A DNA stretch of 64,000 bases from Camelus dromedarius (GCF_036321535.1 NC_087437.1:6758001-6822000), one strand, 5' to 3'; shown: positions 13,264-26,813, counted from the stretch's first letter. Notes: a model not told the origin generated them from the sequence alone. Numbers and translations are program-made.

Positions 13264-13455
13264 CTGTTCTGCTAATAGGGTGGCTACTTTCCACAGATGG
13301 CTGAATTTAAATTAGTTACAATTAATCAAAATTTAAAATTCAGTTCAGCATTAGACTCACCACAATTTTAAGTGTTCAATAGACAAGTGAAGTTTGTGGA
13401 CAGATCTCATGCAGATACAGAACGTTTCCACCCCTGCAGAAAGGACAGTGTGGAT
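13264..13455 (-). mobile_element. hAT-Charlie MITE (MER3-like)
   Basis: aatagggtggctact...aaaatttaaaattcagttc...aagtgttcaatag...gcagatacagaacgtttcca...gcagaaag. Confidence 0.8.
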
Positions 13456-14877
13456 CTAGGAAACGTGAGCACCTTGGGCATCCTACAAAACAGATGTAAT
13501 GACACGCTAGCATCCAAGGAAGCATATGGAAGTTCCTCTGTCCTCCACCTCCATGTCCTCTTTCTTCCAGGGACTTGAAATAAGAAGAAAAAAAAACCAA
13601 AAAAAACAACCCCACAGAACTACAAAAAGAGAGAGAAAAGACAAAGAGGACTGTTGTAAAAATAAGAAGCTTTGAAGAATCTGAAGCAGATGTTACGCTG
13701 AGAGTGCGTGTGTGCAATAGTACCACCTGTGCCCGCTTAATTCCGTCCAAAATCATTTCCTCCACAGTTACCACGAAGACAGACGGAGATTCAAAGATTT
13801 AAGAATATTTGGAGGGGGGCTAAGGGATGAAAAAAGGGAGAGTAAGGCCTGTAGCTCAGACGTGGTGTTCATCTGGCGATGGGAATAAGGTTTCGCTCCC
13901 AGTGGGCACTCCTGGAATCTGGGGTAAGGCTCATCTTCTCTGCCCAAAGCTTGGCTGGTTGGCTGGACCACCATGCGAAGCTATTCCAAGCGTACATGAT
14001 TTGCATAAGAAATTGCATGTCAGCTACTGCTGATATATACACATATGTTTTGGTTAAGTATATGGAGTCGAAGCGAAATTTGTGTACGAAACTAGGCAAG
14101 AACCAATCTTTTATCCCTCCAACGACTTGCTTTGCTGCCTGTATTTCATAGTGTTTTGATGATTCTGAGTTGGTCTCCTGTGACATTGCTTTAACCCTTC
14201 CCTTCCAGTCGCTTGCTTATTTTCTGGCACAACTCTTAACTGGATTATTCCCCGGGAAGAAAGCTGCCAGTTTTAACTAGTTCGTTCTCAGTATTAAAAG
14301 TATTCTGTTGCTGAATCCGTAGAGCCAGAGTGAATTATCTGATGAGTGAGTTGAACTTTCTCTTCAAAAATAAATTGCCTGGAAAAGGACACATTCTTCA
14401 GAACATGCCACCATTTTTCAGCTGGGAAAGTCACTAGTTCCCATTAATGGGTGTAAATCATAAAATCTAACTGCACCGGAAGAGGGACCATTTTGGAGTT
14501 GATGCGGCTGACCCAGTATTTTATCGTGCTTGTGACAGTGGGGTCTTTCTGGAAACTGAATAGGAAATATCGGCTGACAGAAAACACATCCCATCGGAAG
14601 GCTCAAATAGTGCATAAGTGCTGTCCCAGATCTATGATTTGCTAGCATCTTTGATTGTTCTCTTGGCTTGGCATAATTCTTCTCTCTTTACAGAAGAGGG
14701 CTCATTTTTCACATTTACTCAGCCAATGTTTTCCCATCTGACCCACAGAGAGAAACTTGAGATCATCAGCTGCATTTTCTACCTGATTCTCTACATTTGT
14801 GACTCCCCGAGAAGGAAGGCAAACACTTTAAGTGAAGATGGTGAGATGAACTTTTGGATATGACACACAGATTTCTT

Positions 14878-14985
14878 GGTTCATTCATTTATTCGTCCAT
14901 TCAGTAAATGTATGCGAGGCACTGTGCTCCAAACTGGAGATGGAATGAAAGCGATACACCCATTCTAGTAAAAGACACTAACCAG
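14878..14985 (-). mobile_element. LINE-2 3' end; continues after the LTR at about 15481-15645
   Basis: ttcattcatttattcgtccattcagtaaatgtat...aggcactgtgct, antisense L2 tail. Confidence 0.65.
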
Positions 14986-14991
14986 GGAGGG

Positions 14992-15480
14992 GTGTTAGCT
15001 TCCTGTTGCTGTTGTAATAAATTACCCCAAATTAAATGGCTTAAAACTGTACAATTTTATTATCATAACAATTCTGCAGGCCAGAAGTCTCACAGGGGTC
15101 TCACCAGGTTAAAGGTTTCTTTCTGGAGGGTCTAGGAGAAAATCATTTCCTTACCTTTCCCGACATCTACAGACCACCTATATATCTAGACTTGAGGTCC
15201 CCTCCTCTGTCACCAAAGCCAGCTATGTCAGAGCAAGTCCTTCCCATGTCACAGTCCTTCAATCCTTCTTTTGTCATCACAGCTCTCCATGACCACAGCC
15301 GGGAAGGGTCCTTTTCTTTTAAGGATTCATCTAATTAGAATGGACCCACCAGGATAATCTTCTCATTTCAAGGTGCAGTAATCACATTGGCAAAATTCCT
15401 TGTTGTCACATAAGGTAATTTATTCACAGGTTCTGAGCAGGACATGGACATCTTTGGGGGTCCATATTCTGCCTGGAACA
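14992..15480 (-). mobile_element. MaLR solo LTR (MLT1C/D-like)
   Basis: tgttagcttcctgttgctgttgtaataaattaccccaaa...ggccagaagtc...ggacatggacatctttgggggtccatattctgcc. Confidence 0.85.
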
Positions 15481-15689
15481 TCATGGAAACCAATGAGTGA
15501 AAATGAAATAGTTACATATTATGTTGAGCATTGCAGAAGAAACAGAGAGAGCAATATGAGAGAGAAAAATGGTAGGGCACTCACTTTAAACGGTGTGGTT
15601 AGGAGAGGCATTTCTAAGAAGGTGATGTTTAAGCTGAGCACAGAGAAGGAACCACCCCCAACCCCTCCATCACTCAATCAATGGAGCAT

Positions 15690-16260
15690 GACCTGGTGTG
15701 ACCATCTTACACATCCTACCCTCCCAGCTTGTGGTCAGTTAATTCAGGGATGGACACTTGACTTAGGCTGGGCCCACTGAGCCCTTCTCTGAGATTCTTA
15801 AGCATGGTCTCCAGGGAAGGTGTTTTGTTCTTCTCCGTAGTGAAGCTTGGAAATACGAAGTCCTGGGGTAGTCATCGATGTTTCTTGCCTTGTAGAGGAC
15901 GTTGATGTGAAAAGGGAAAGCTGGTGCGTAGAGTTCTATAGAGACTAAAGACAGCAAAAGTCTTTTTCTCCAAGTACAATCATTGATTGTATTATTTAGG
16001 GTTTTTTTTGGTTTTAAGTGTTAGAAACCAGAAAAATCTAACTATCGTCAGGGAAACAGTGAAATATAACTCTTTGGTTCTATGGTAGAAACCTGACCTC
16101 TGAGTCTGGCTGTACCCCTACCCTTCTCAGGGCTCCACGAATCTCTCCATAGATTTCACTCTTTTGCTTAAGACACAGGCAGGTGTCTATCATTGACAAC
16201 CCAAAGAATCCTCAGCAGTACCATGGTCACTTCACTTCTAGAAGCCATAGCATACCCAGA
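15690..16260. mobile_element. Old MaLR LTR fragments (MLT1J-O-like, two orientations)
   Basis: cagggatggacacttgacttaggctgggccca...; tgtattatttaggg...ttaagtgttagaaacca. Confidence 0.45.
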
Positions 16261-16429
16261 GCTCACGGTGGGAACTGATGAGCCTTTTTAAAACCCGTAT
16301 AAAATGTTACCCCTGGGTTTTATTATTTTATTCCCAAACCACAAGAACCTATTCATACCACATTACAAGAGTTGGCTTTGCTCATTTGTCCTGTTAGAAT
16401 GTATTTGTGGTCTCTAGAAGTGAGCCATT

Positions 16430-18620
16430 TTCTTTTTTGCTTTTTTAAAAATTGAGATATAGCCTCCATATAATGTGTACATGTAAAATATGTAAGTACA
16501 GCTTTAAGAATAGTAGTAGATAATGAGTGAACCGGCACTGACGAGCATAAGAACTAGAACAACCCCCGTGCCTTTGACTCTCCTTTGTGCTCCTCCGTGG
16601 TGACATCTCCCTTCCTCCCCTCCAAAAGTAACCCCTATCCTGAGTTTTCTCTTAATCATGCTCCCATTTTTCTTTAAAATGTTACTATGTATGTATATAT
16701 GTATGTATCCCTGGTTTTAACTTGCCAATTTGAACATTTACATAAATAGACCCATGCAAAACAAATTTGTCTACTGCTTGATTTTTGTTGTTCAACGTGG
16801 GATTTTGAGACCCATGCACCCTGATATATATAGGTAAGGTTTATTCATCTTCACTACTGTATACTACACCATGCCAAGAATATACAACAGTTTACTCATG
16901 CACTTCTACTGTGGGTGGACCGTTAGATGGTTTCTATTGTTTGCTATTACAAACAAGCCGCCTGGGGCACACCAGTAGGTTTCTCCGGTGTACATGCCTA
17001 GGGTACAATAACTGAGTCATAGGAGAAGAGCCTCCTCAGCTTTCGAGGTAATTCCAAGTAGATTTCCAAAGCAGCTTCACCACCTTGTCCAACCAATAGT
17101 GTACAAGCATAGCATTCTTTCATGTTCCAGCTAAAATTTGGTATTGTGAGACTTTATTACTAATCTGGTGGGTGTGAAATGGTATCTCATTGAGATTTTA
17201 AATTGAATTTTCCTGACCAATATTAAGGATATTGGTCACTTTTTGCAAGTGTCTAGGAAGGTGTGAGTTTTCTTCTGTAAAAGCATGTTCATATGAGAAC
17301 ATTGCATATTTTGGAATTGAATTCTCTGTCAGTTTATTTGTGTTGCAATATTTCACTGAGTTTGTGAGTTGCCTTTTCACATTCTATTAAATCTTTTAAT
17401 AAAAAGAAATCCTTAATTTTAGTGTAGTAGAATTTATTGCCTGGGCTTTGTATTCTTTGGTTCAATTTTCTGTCTATCCTTGCACCAACTCCTGTCTTTA
17501 TTATTAGAACTTTGTCAAAATTCTTGGTATCTGGGAGGGCTAGTTTCCTTAGTAATGTATTGGTTATTCTTGGCCATTTGCCATTGTCTATAAACTTTAG
17601 AATTACTTACCAAATTTCACAAAGATTCTCTTGGAATTCCAATTGGAACTCCACTTTATCTCAAGATTAATTTGGAAAGAATTGTCATTATTAAAATATT
17701 GTCTTCTTATCTATGAATACAATTGGTCCTTACATTTATTTGATCTCCATTTTGTCTTTTAAATTTAAAATTTTCACAGAATGACCTTACATATTGTGTT
17801 AGATCTCTTTCTATATATCTTATATTTTCATTGATATTTAATTTGTATCTCTTTTAAATTATATTTTCTGCTGGTTACTGGTATATAAAGTGCAATTGGT
17901 TTTTGCTTGTTAATCTTATGTGTGGCAACCTTAATATTCTTTTAAAATCTAACATTAATTGAAAAACTTTTTTGTTTGTTTACACTCTTAGCACACAAAC
18001 ATAAGGAAAAAATAGATAAAAATTAGAAAGGAACACAATATTTTTCATTTTTCTGAAATGGCTTTTTGTCATATCAGCTATGAAATAAGATGTTTTGCTT
18101 CTTGATTTCTAATCCTTATTCTTCTTATTTTAAAAAATTATGTACAGTCTACTAGATCATCTAATAAATGTGTTTTCCTGATATCAAAAGAAATTACTTT
18201 AATATTTTACTATTGAGTGGATGTTTGTTGTAGGTTCATCACAGATAACTGTTATCAGATTAAGGATAGTCCTCCTTCCTTAAAAGTTTTAAAAGTTGTT
18301 ATTATAAGTAAAATTTGAATTTTATTAAATGCACTTTTTACATCTAAGGTGATTGTATGATTTTTTAAAAATTCTTCTAATGTAATAAATTATATGAATA
18401 CATTTTCTGTTATTGAGCCAACCTTGCATTCCTGGAATAAACCCAGTTAGTCATCAGGTGTTATCTCATTTCTGCAATGCTAGATTCAGTTTGACAATAT
18501 TTTGTTTAGAATATTTAATATATGTTTATGGGTCAGATGATTTTTATATTTTCTTGTTTTCTTTTTCTTTTTCTTCCTTGGTTTTTGTTAATAAGTTCAT
18601 AGTCATCTCATGAATTGAAG
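16430..18620 (-). mobile_element. Ancient LINE-1 (L1ME-like) 3'UTR and ORF2 relic
   Basis: Antisense L1 phrases: ggtgggtgtgaaatggtatctcattg; ttattcttggccatttg; ttgagccaaccttgcattcctggaataaaccca. Confidence 0.8.
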
Positions 18621-18622
18621 AC

Positions 18623-19980
18623 TATTTTATTCAGCTATTGCTATAGTAATAACTATTATCTCAATGGTTTTCAGTGTGTTAAATTTTTTTCTCATGTTAT
18701 ACTGTAATTCTGATTATCTTTGGTAGGCTCAGTGGGCTCTGCTCTATGAGCTTTTTCATTCTAGAACCCAGGCTGAAAAGCAAGTGATATTTGTCACATG
18801 CTGTTTCATTACTAAGGGTAGAAGCATAAGAGGCATAAGCCAAGCTAAACATGGCAAGCATCACATTTTTTCATTATTCATTAGCAAGTCACATGAACAA
18901 GCTTGAAGTCAATGAGGTGGACCATTACACTCTGTCCCTTAGAGAAGCTTGACAATGACAAAATGGGGATAATTGTTAATAAGTACAACCATAATCATCC
19001 TTTTGATCATAAATATGTTCTTTGTTCTCCAAGTAAAATACACTCACCTGCTCACCAAAACATTCAAAAACCTCATTTAATTATGACATTAGGATCTAGG
19101 ATCTAATGATCTACATCATGAGTGGATTCAACTTCTTTTATTTCCGGAACCCAATCACAAAAAAGATGTCTTATGTGTAATCCCCTCCCCAACCTGCACC
19201 ATCTCTGTTGGTGAAACAGAGTTAGTAGAACTAAATAAGCACCCCCACTGGAAAGAGAAAGGATAGGAATTTCATCATTGTTATTAGTGGATAAGAGTTC
19301 TGAAATTCCACTGGGAAAATGTGGTGAGATCCTCAACTATGGAGGTAGGAAATATTTCTCGATTAGACTCTGGTCATGGTGCTTGGGAGCAGATCCCCAG
19401 TCCATGGTTCTCTTTGGCTCTAAACTACTCTTTGGGTCACCCTTCCCATTCCGTAATTTTCCTCAGTCACATGGATAGAGGGCTTACTCAGTCTACTTTC
19501 TGGCAGTCAAAATGTTTGCAGCCCAGCTGTGTTGAACAGCCATGGTCTCTTTTACTCCAGGATGTTGGCCTTTTTGGAAACAAAATTCTCTCAAACACTT
19601 TAAAAAGTGGTTCCTTTGAGAAATGACGTACACTGTGTTCTTTGGGAGACCTCACTCTGAACCTCATTAAGGGTCCTTTGAGCTTATCAGGATTCTCACC
19701 TTAGTCTTAGTCCCTGAAATATCCTGCCTAACTGAAGAGTGTTCACAGGGGACCATCTTAATCCAATCAGAGGGTTTAACAGAGATGTGGCAGCCAAGAT
19801 TTATTATTTGGTGTTTGCTCCTAATCTATATCTTAATGGCCACAATCTTAGCTCTGCAACTGTAGGCAAACTTGAAAAAGAGGTACCATCTGGAGATGAG
19901 TAATAGCTGCAACTCCCAACCCTTCAACTCCTGGAATTTCTGGATTCTCCTTTTCCATCTTACCCCTGCTATAACTTGAA
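18623..19980 (-). mobile_element. MaLR LTR (MLT1I/J-like, about 18623-18995) plus adjoining MLT1 internal sequence
   Basis: tcagctattgct...ccaggctgaaaagc...caagtcacatgaacaagcttgaagtcaatg, then about 1 kb resembling MLT1-int. Confidence 0.6.
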
Positions 19981-20099
19981 AAGCAGAAATATATCTAATA
20001 AACTTGTGACTTGGGCATAAAAGTTCTAAGACAAAGTAAGTCTCCAGAAAAAAACAGGTAACTCAATTTTGATATTTTATGTGTGTGTGTGTATATGCA

Positions 20100-20725
20100 A
20101 TTTATTTGTTTAAATTTTACATTTATTTTTTATAAAATTTTACTTCTATTCTTCTATTAAAAATGTAATCTCCACAGTGGTTATAATTAATTTTTCTGCT
20201 AATAATAATTATTTGTGCTTTCTCTTCTTTGTTCTTAATCAATCTTGCTAGAAGTCTGTTGATTTTATTCATCTTACTGAAACACCAATTTTGGCCATGT
20301 TGTTTCTCTCTAGTACATCTTTACCTTCCATTTCATTAATTTTTGGACGTACTGTTATGTTTTCCTCACTTTTACTTTCTTTAGATTAATTCTGTTTTTT
20401 TTCCCTTACTTCTTAAGTTGGATGCCTTGTCCTTTCAGCCTTTCTTTTTCACTAATACATGCATTTAAGCCTATAAACTTTACTCTAAGTGCCATTTTAG
20501 CTGCATCTCACATTAAAATACTCAGTTTTTAAATCATTTAGTTTTTTCTAACTGTCAATGTAGTTTCTCCTTTAACCTATGAATTATTTAGAAGTGCATT
20601 TAAATGTACAAACACGTGTTTTTAAATTGTTTTATTGGCTTATATTTTGTATTTTTCAGAGAATATTGATTCATTAATTTTCTTGAAACTTGATTTTTAG
20701 CAAAGCACAAAATCATTTTTTTGCA
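20100..20725 (-). mobile_element. Ancient LINE-1 ORF2 relic
   Basis: ttcttaatcaatcttgctagaagtctgttgattttatt...tataaacttt...tttagctgcatctcaca. Confidence 0.75.
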
Positions 20726-20744
20726 TATAAGGAATTAGGAGTAA

Positions 20745-21205
20745 GAATCCACAAAAAGATGTATAAGAATATTTATATCAGTTTACTCATAATACTCAAA
20801 CTGGAAACAGCCCAGATATCCAGCAATAGGAAAATAGCTGAAGAGTAGACTATTCATTGAATGGAATACTGCTCAACAACACTCAACAATAGAAAGAGAA
20901 TGAATAACATGAATGACTCTCAAAAAAAAAAAAATGCTGAAAGAAGCCTTACACAAGAGTGTGTAAAAAATGCAAAAGAGTAGGATTCCTTCTATTTGAA
21001 GTTCTAGAACTGGAGAAACTAGTGTACAGTGGACAAAAGCATAGAACATGGTTGTACTGGAGTCGGAGTGGGGGAGTGAGGATTGATTGGGAAGTGATAG
21101 AATTTTCTAAGGGGGATGGTAATGTTTCATACCTTGATAATGGTTTAAATTATAGTTTTAAAAATTCATTAACTCTTTAAGTACAGTTAAGGTTTGTACT
21201 TTTTA
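20745..21205 (+). mobile_element. Old LINE-1 (L1MC/MD-like) 3' end inserted in opposite orientation
   Basis: aaactggaaacagcccagatatcc...aatggaatactgctcaac...gattccttctatttgaagttctagaac. Confidence 0.8.
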
Positions 21206-22440
21206 AAATGTCTGAACTATCTTTATTTTATCATGCTTTTGAAGGTCAGTTTAACTAGGTATGCATACAATTTTGAGTTAACAGTTGATTTACACCTAAT
21301 ACTCTGAAGATACTTTTCTACTGTCTTTGGACTCCCATCGTTACTGTTGAGAAGTCATCTGTTATTCTAATTATTGTGCTTCCATAGTCTCTGTTTTGCT
21401 GCTTTTATTGCCTTCTCTTTATCTTTAGTGATTTGTACTTTCAAAGTAGATGGATCTAGATTTCTTTTTATTTATTGTTTTGAGAGTTTGGGGGCATTCC
21501 AAATCTGATTCTGGGATCTTTCGTCTATTTGTAGAAAATGCTCAACCATTATTACTTAGAAGATTGCCTCTCCCAATTTTTAATATTAGCTCCTCCTAGA
21601 ACTCTAGATAATTATAATGCTCACTTACTGTCTCCAGTTTGCCTCTGCAACATTCTGAACAATATCTTTTAAACTGCCCTACAATTAATTAATTCTCTTC
21701 TCAGTTGTACCTAATCCACTGATTAACTATTTCTCTGAGTTTCTAATTTCAATGTTTATTTTTAACTTCAAGAATTTATGGTTTTTTAAAAGTCTGCTTG
21801 GCTATTTTTTGAGGAACTGTTATTATTTTGTTACACTTTTATTACCTTTTAAATCTTTCTTTAAATATGTAAAATAAACTTATTTTATATTGTGTATATG
21901 TTAACTGCAGTATGTGTGGTCTTTGGGTGTTTGATTATGCCATTTTCTATTTCTCTTCAGTGTGTTTTGACCCCCCATATGTCTTATAATTTTTATTTCT
22001 TAGAATATGAGGATTTTTTTGACATCTAGGTTTTAAATGTTTTTCATGAGATATTTGTGTTTACTTATGCTTGGGACCTGTAAACATTACTTATCTGGAG
22101 CAACTTTAAAATAAATTTCCAGCTTGAAGTTTCTGGAAATGGCTTAAACATGCATAAGTATAGTCTTGTAGTTGACAAGTCTCAAAGCAGACAAGTTTCT
22201 TTTTTGATTTAGCAGAAATTCACAGCCAAGACTGGCAATTATCTCCCTATCTCTTACTGTGGGATAGGTTTTCCTAGTTCGGCCACCACAGGTCTGGACT
22301 GTAAGTGGTGCTCTCTGATGTAACCTCACGGGCTTTATCTTCTGCCTGTCATGTATGTGGCCCCTTAAGTCCCAGGTGATGGGCCATGAGAGATTGGTAG
22401 ATATCTCCAGGGAAGTAACTGCCCTAGATTTATGCATTTT
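21206..22440 (-). mobile_element. Ancient LINE-1 ORF1/5' region relic
   Basis: catcgttactgttgagaagtcatctgttattctaatt...gaaaatgctcaaccattatt...; T-rich. Confidence 0.65.
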
Positions 22441-22726
22441 CTGAATGTTGTCCTTTCACAAACTGCACTTTGTTATTCAAAATATGGTAATGATAGAACT
22501 TTCTGACATGAACAATTTTGTTATCATTTGAATAACAAGTGATCTTTGGTATATCACACATACATCAAAATAACATATCCTCTTTTACCCTTTTGATGCC
22601 TTCGTATTTCATCTAATATTAATATTGTCCCAGTGATTTTAAAAATCAATCTTTAACCAGTATTTATATATTATCTCTCACCTTATTTCTTTCTCTTTCT
22701 CTCTCCACACCTATTTTATTTACTTC

Positions 22727-23113
22727 GTAAAGGTAGTATGGACCTCCCACCCAAAATTAGGTTTGAATATGAAGACTGATGGTACCACACACCTGTCAAG
22801 ATGCTATGAAAAGGTTTATTACATAATAAGGCTTTCTGGGGAGAACAGGGTGGATCCTCAACCTGGTCCAAACATGGCTCGAAAAAGGAGGGAAAGGAGA
22901 CTGGTTCAGCCTTCTTTTCTGGTTTGGAGTCGGAGCTAGAGTGAGGGTTCATGCACATGGCAGGGGGCTTGTGTGGTCTGAATTCCTGCTAGTCCCAAAA
23001 GGAGGGGTAATCTGAGCTTTCTTATCAGCTTGCTCCGATCTGGGGCAGCAGCAGAAAATGGTGGGTCTGTCAGCAGCCAAATATGAAAAATAGAGTCAGA
23101 TTCTTTATTATAA
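22727..23113 (-). mobile_element. ERV solo LTR, family uncertain
   Basis: GC-richer 390-bp island with antisense poly(A) signal (aaaaggtttatta) and terminus aaaatagagtcagattctttatta typical of ERV LTR starts. Confidence 0.6.
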
Positions 23114-23119
23114 TACCTC

Positions 23120-24410
23120 CCATGTTGAGATCATTTTGGACTTTAGTTCCAGATTGTTAATAATTTTCATTTCCATGTATAACAGAACAGCTTTTAATTT
23201 AAGTAGGAATTTGGTTGGTTTCTTTGCTTATTACCATTTCTTATGTCTGGCATCTTATTCTTTTTTGGACTCACTTTTCATTTTGCTAGAATGCATTTTT
23301 TTTCCTGAAGTGGTCTGTAGATGGTAAAGTTAATGAATGCTAGTTTTTCTAGTTATAGGACTTAAGTACAAAACAAACTGCTCTCATAATTTTAATACTA
23401 TACCATCTTCTAGCATGTTTTTGTCAAGGAGAACTCAGACTCCAATCTGACTTTTGTTTTTATTTTTATCTTCCCCAACCCCGCTAGTAGCCTTATTCTT
23501 GTATTCTAAAGTTTTCCTCTCTGCTTTTAGGTATTTCTAAAATTATTTATTTATTTATTTTTATCCTGCTTGGCACTCAGTGAGCTCTGTTAATCTAGTC
23601 TCAATTCTTTGTTTAGCTCTGCTCTGACTGCTTACTGATTTGTCCTTCACCTGTACTGATTCTACTATTCTGTTCATATACTGCTATTATAATCTTTATA
23701 CTAGTGCTTTTAGTTTTTAGAGTGTTTTATTTTTCACTTTTGTAACATCTTTGGGAACCTATGTTAGGATATCCAATGTGTTTATTTTAAGGTCTTTTAA
23801 AAATATTTGCTTCCTTTATTAGCTTTACTTCCTCAAGAGTTAGTTCTTCCATTCACTCATCTCTTCCGTGATGTTCGGTTTCCTTAAATGTTTGTGAATT
23901 TTTGATTGTCTACTCATATTCATGCTTGGAAATACCTCTTTGCTCCTGGGAAGATTTTGGCCTTGACACAGAGGCACATTTTTTATGGTCTTTTGGTGTG
24001 GGTTGGATGGGCTTCCAGACAGGTTACAACTATAACTTGTATTTCATGCATGGAAGCTTCCCCAGTTCTCCTGATTCTTCAGCTGTTTGAGGCATTGTCA
24101 CATCTCTTTGGCCTAAATACTCACACCACCTGCTTTCATCTGGAGGTAAACACCAACCACACCTACTGCTTAACTCCAGGGAGGGTCACAGAGAGAAGCC
24201 ACAAGACCACACTTTTCCATATTTTCTTGTCTATTTACACTTATATTTATCCCATGCCCTGCCCCCTGCTCTTTAATTATAAGTCCTGTTTGGTATATTT
24301 ATAAATACATATTTTTTCTTCTTATTTCTAGGGTTCTGGCCCAGACTCTCATCTTGGACAATCTCCATTGCCCTACAGCTTAGCCTTTTACACCTTGGGT
24401 TTCCATGTAA
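23120..24410 (-). mobile_element. Ancient LINE-1/HAL1-like ORF1/5' relic
   Basis: T-rich degenerate antisense L1 phrases. Confidence 0.45.
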
Positions 24411-25189
24411 GATTTCAGCTGAAAACAAGTGCAAAAGTAAATGGGCCTTTAAGGATCTCTCTAAACATGACCCGATATCCATAAACAGTTTCTGAGAGGT
24501 GACTTTTAAGAAGAAAATTTTCAATGAATACCAGAATGGGATTTAAATAGATCTAATGATAATGAATTTTGCATTTATAAGAATTTATTCCCATAATGAC
24601 AACTGACATTAGTTTCTTACGTATCTTGATCTAGTGTTGTTATACCTGCAAGTTTAGATGTGGTGAGAGTCCTGGGTGAACTTTAAAAGGATATGACTGA
24701 GTGAGTGCAATTTTCCAACCTTTAAAAGTTTTAGTAACATGCTACACTAATACGGATCAGGTTTCGCAGACAATCACATGTGGCATAATGCAACCACGGG
24801 TACGGCTAAGACATAGACCGTCGTGGGCATGTGAGAAGCCATACTCTGTCCAACGTGCAGTATTCTGCTGTGCATTATAAGCAACATTGGACAGGGACGC
24901 GATTTTCTATTATTTGACTGGGGTGGGTGGAATAATTTTAATTGCTAAGAAATTGCATTTTCATTGTAAAGCAATTCAAGTTATAGCAGATTCATAATGC
25001 AGCTATTGTAAAAATGACATTTCAGTGACATTTCTGTGAGAAGAACATGGTGATTTTGCAAATGACATGGTGAGGGCAGAGCAGTTACGCGAATAACACA
25101 TTTTCACAATACGTGTGCTGAGAGCATAAATAATGAAGATGACAATAATATTAATAATAATGGCATTCCATGAGAGAAAACCTTTTATC

Positions 25190-25345
25190 TCCACAATTCC
25201 GAAGTTCTTTAACTCACACCTATCCACTGTACACCCCGCTCAGATAACTGGTCTTGACTCTTTTTGATGGAAGGGAGCTGAGGAACCGTGTGGTTGCCCA
25301 ACTCTGTAGCAAATTAATGGCAAACGTAGAATCAGAACTCTATTT
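25190..25345 (-). mobile_element. MIR fragment
   Basis: ttttgatggaagggagctgagg...gttgcccaa...agcaaattaatggcaaacgtagaatcagaactc. Confidence 0.55.
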
Positions 25346-26813
25346 TCTTTTAAAAAGTCTTTGGGGATGACTCACCAGAATGAGTATCATGCAGGTACTG
25401 GAAATGATATTGTTCTGATTTTATTGTAGATGTATTTCCATCAGTTTCTTAGGTGGGTTGCAGGTGAGCAATTAGCATCTTCTCTCGTCATGTGCATAAA
25501 AGAAAATGCAGCATTGTTTTATTTCAGGTTGAACTGAGTTGCTCATTTCAAGCATTTTTATGAAATACTGTAATAAGTTAAACAGGTAAGCTGTGTTGGT
25601 TAGCCTGAGGGCGTGTTATTCCCACAGTGGATATGTCATCACCATTTTATTTTCACAATGTCATTATCATGTCATTAATATAGAAATTTCCCATATTTTC
25701 CTCTACATATATTTTAAGAGAAAAATAGCTCCTTAGCAACTACATTGTCAGTGACTGGAAATAAGAGTTGGAGTGATGACTGTCAGCACGCATGACCCAG
25801 GTGGTCAGCACTCTGCTAAGAGGGTCACCATTATATTATTAAACAGGTTACAAGCCAGAGAAAAAAATTATCCTTTGACCAAATGCCTTAGCCACTTGAT
25901 TTGTTGATTTTATCTCTGTATATATGCATGAAATGGCTTACTTACATTTAAGAATTTGGAGGCAGAGTTTAATTACATGTTATTGATACCTTGTATTTAA
26001 TCCATACCATGTATTCAGGTTGGATTTATTGTATTCAGCTTAATGCAAAACATGACCCTGAGACTTTCTCCCAGGCTTGAGGGAAGTGAAGTGTTGTAGC
26101 AACAGTAACATTCAGAAATTCCATTTTGAATCCATTTGGAAGATGTTTGCCTATAACCAGCCATTTACTTTGTTATGCATTAAGTTGGCATTGGAAGCAG
26201 AATTTGAATGTTTCTTTATCACTATGTCTTTGGTCTTTTGGAAGGGTGGGTAGGCTTGGTAAAATTAAGAGGAAAAAAAATTTTTGTAATGTTTCTTTGC
26301 TTTTCAAACAAAGCCCTTAGTCTCTTATAAATCCAACTTTCTTCACTGGGCAAAGCATATATAATCCCAAACTAATTCCATTACTGATTTGTTGCTACAC
26401 CGAATACCAGAGAGCAAGTGAATTCTTCTGTTTCAGAGGCTATGATTTACATCTCTTTTGGATCACTTGGTCCTGTGATGTCAAGCCTTCAATCAGGATT
26501 CCGGGGTCTGACTTCCTCATTTTCACAGCTTGTGGGCAGAATCTCCTACATTCTGCCAACAAGGGGCTCCCATGCCTCTTGTCAGTGTTTACTCAAATGA
26601 CTAAATGGCAAGGTGTATCAACGCATGTCTAGGCGACAATGCAAATTTGCTGCAAAACATTGACATTGTAACATCTGCAAAGGAGTCGTCACCGTATTAA
26701 CAATAAGTAATCCTGCCATTTCTCTCCCAAGGCTTCAGGGAAGAGAGACGTTGTTACAGGGCCAAGATGGGAAAGATTTGTCCGGGTTTCATTCTGGTTT
26801 TGGTAAAAGGTTG

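Noticed and set aside
13376..14186. Cluster of overlapping 68-132 aa ORFs
   Set aside because: Overlap MER3 and A-rich low-complexity DNA; no homology recognised; expected by chance in six frames.
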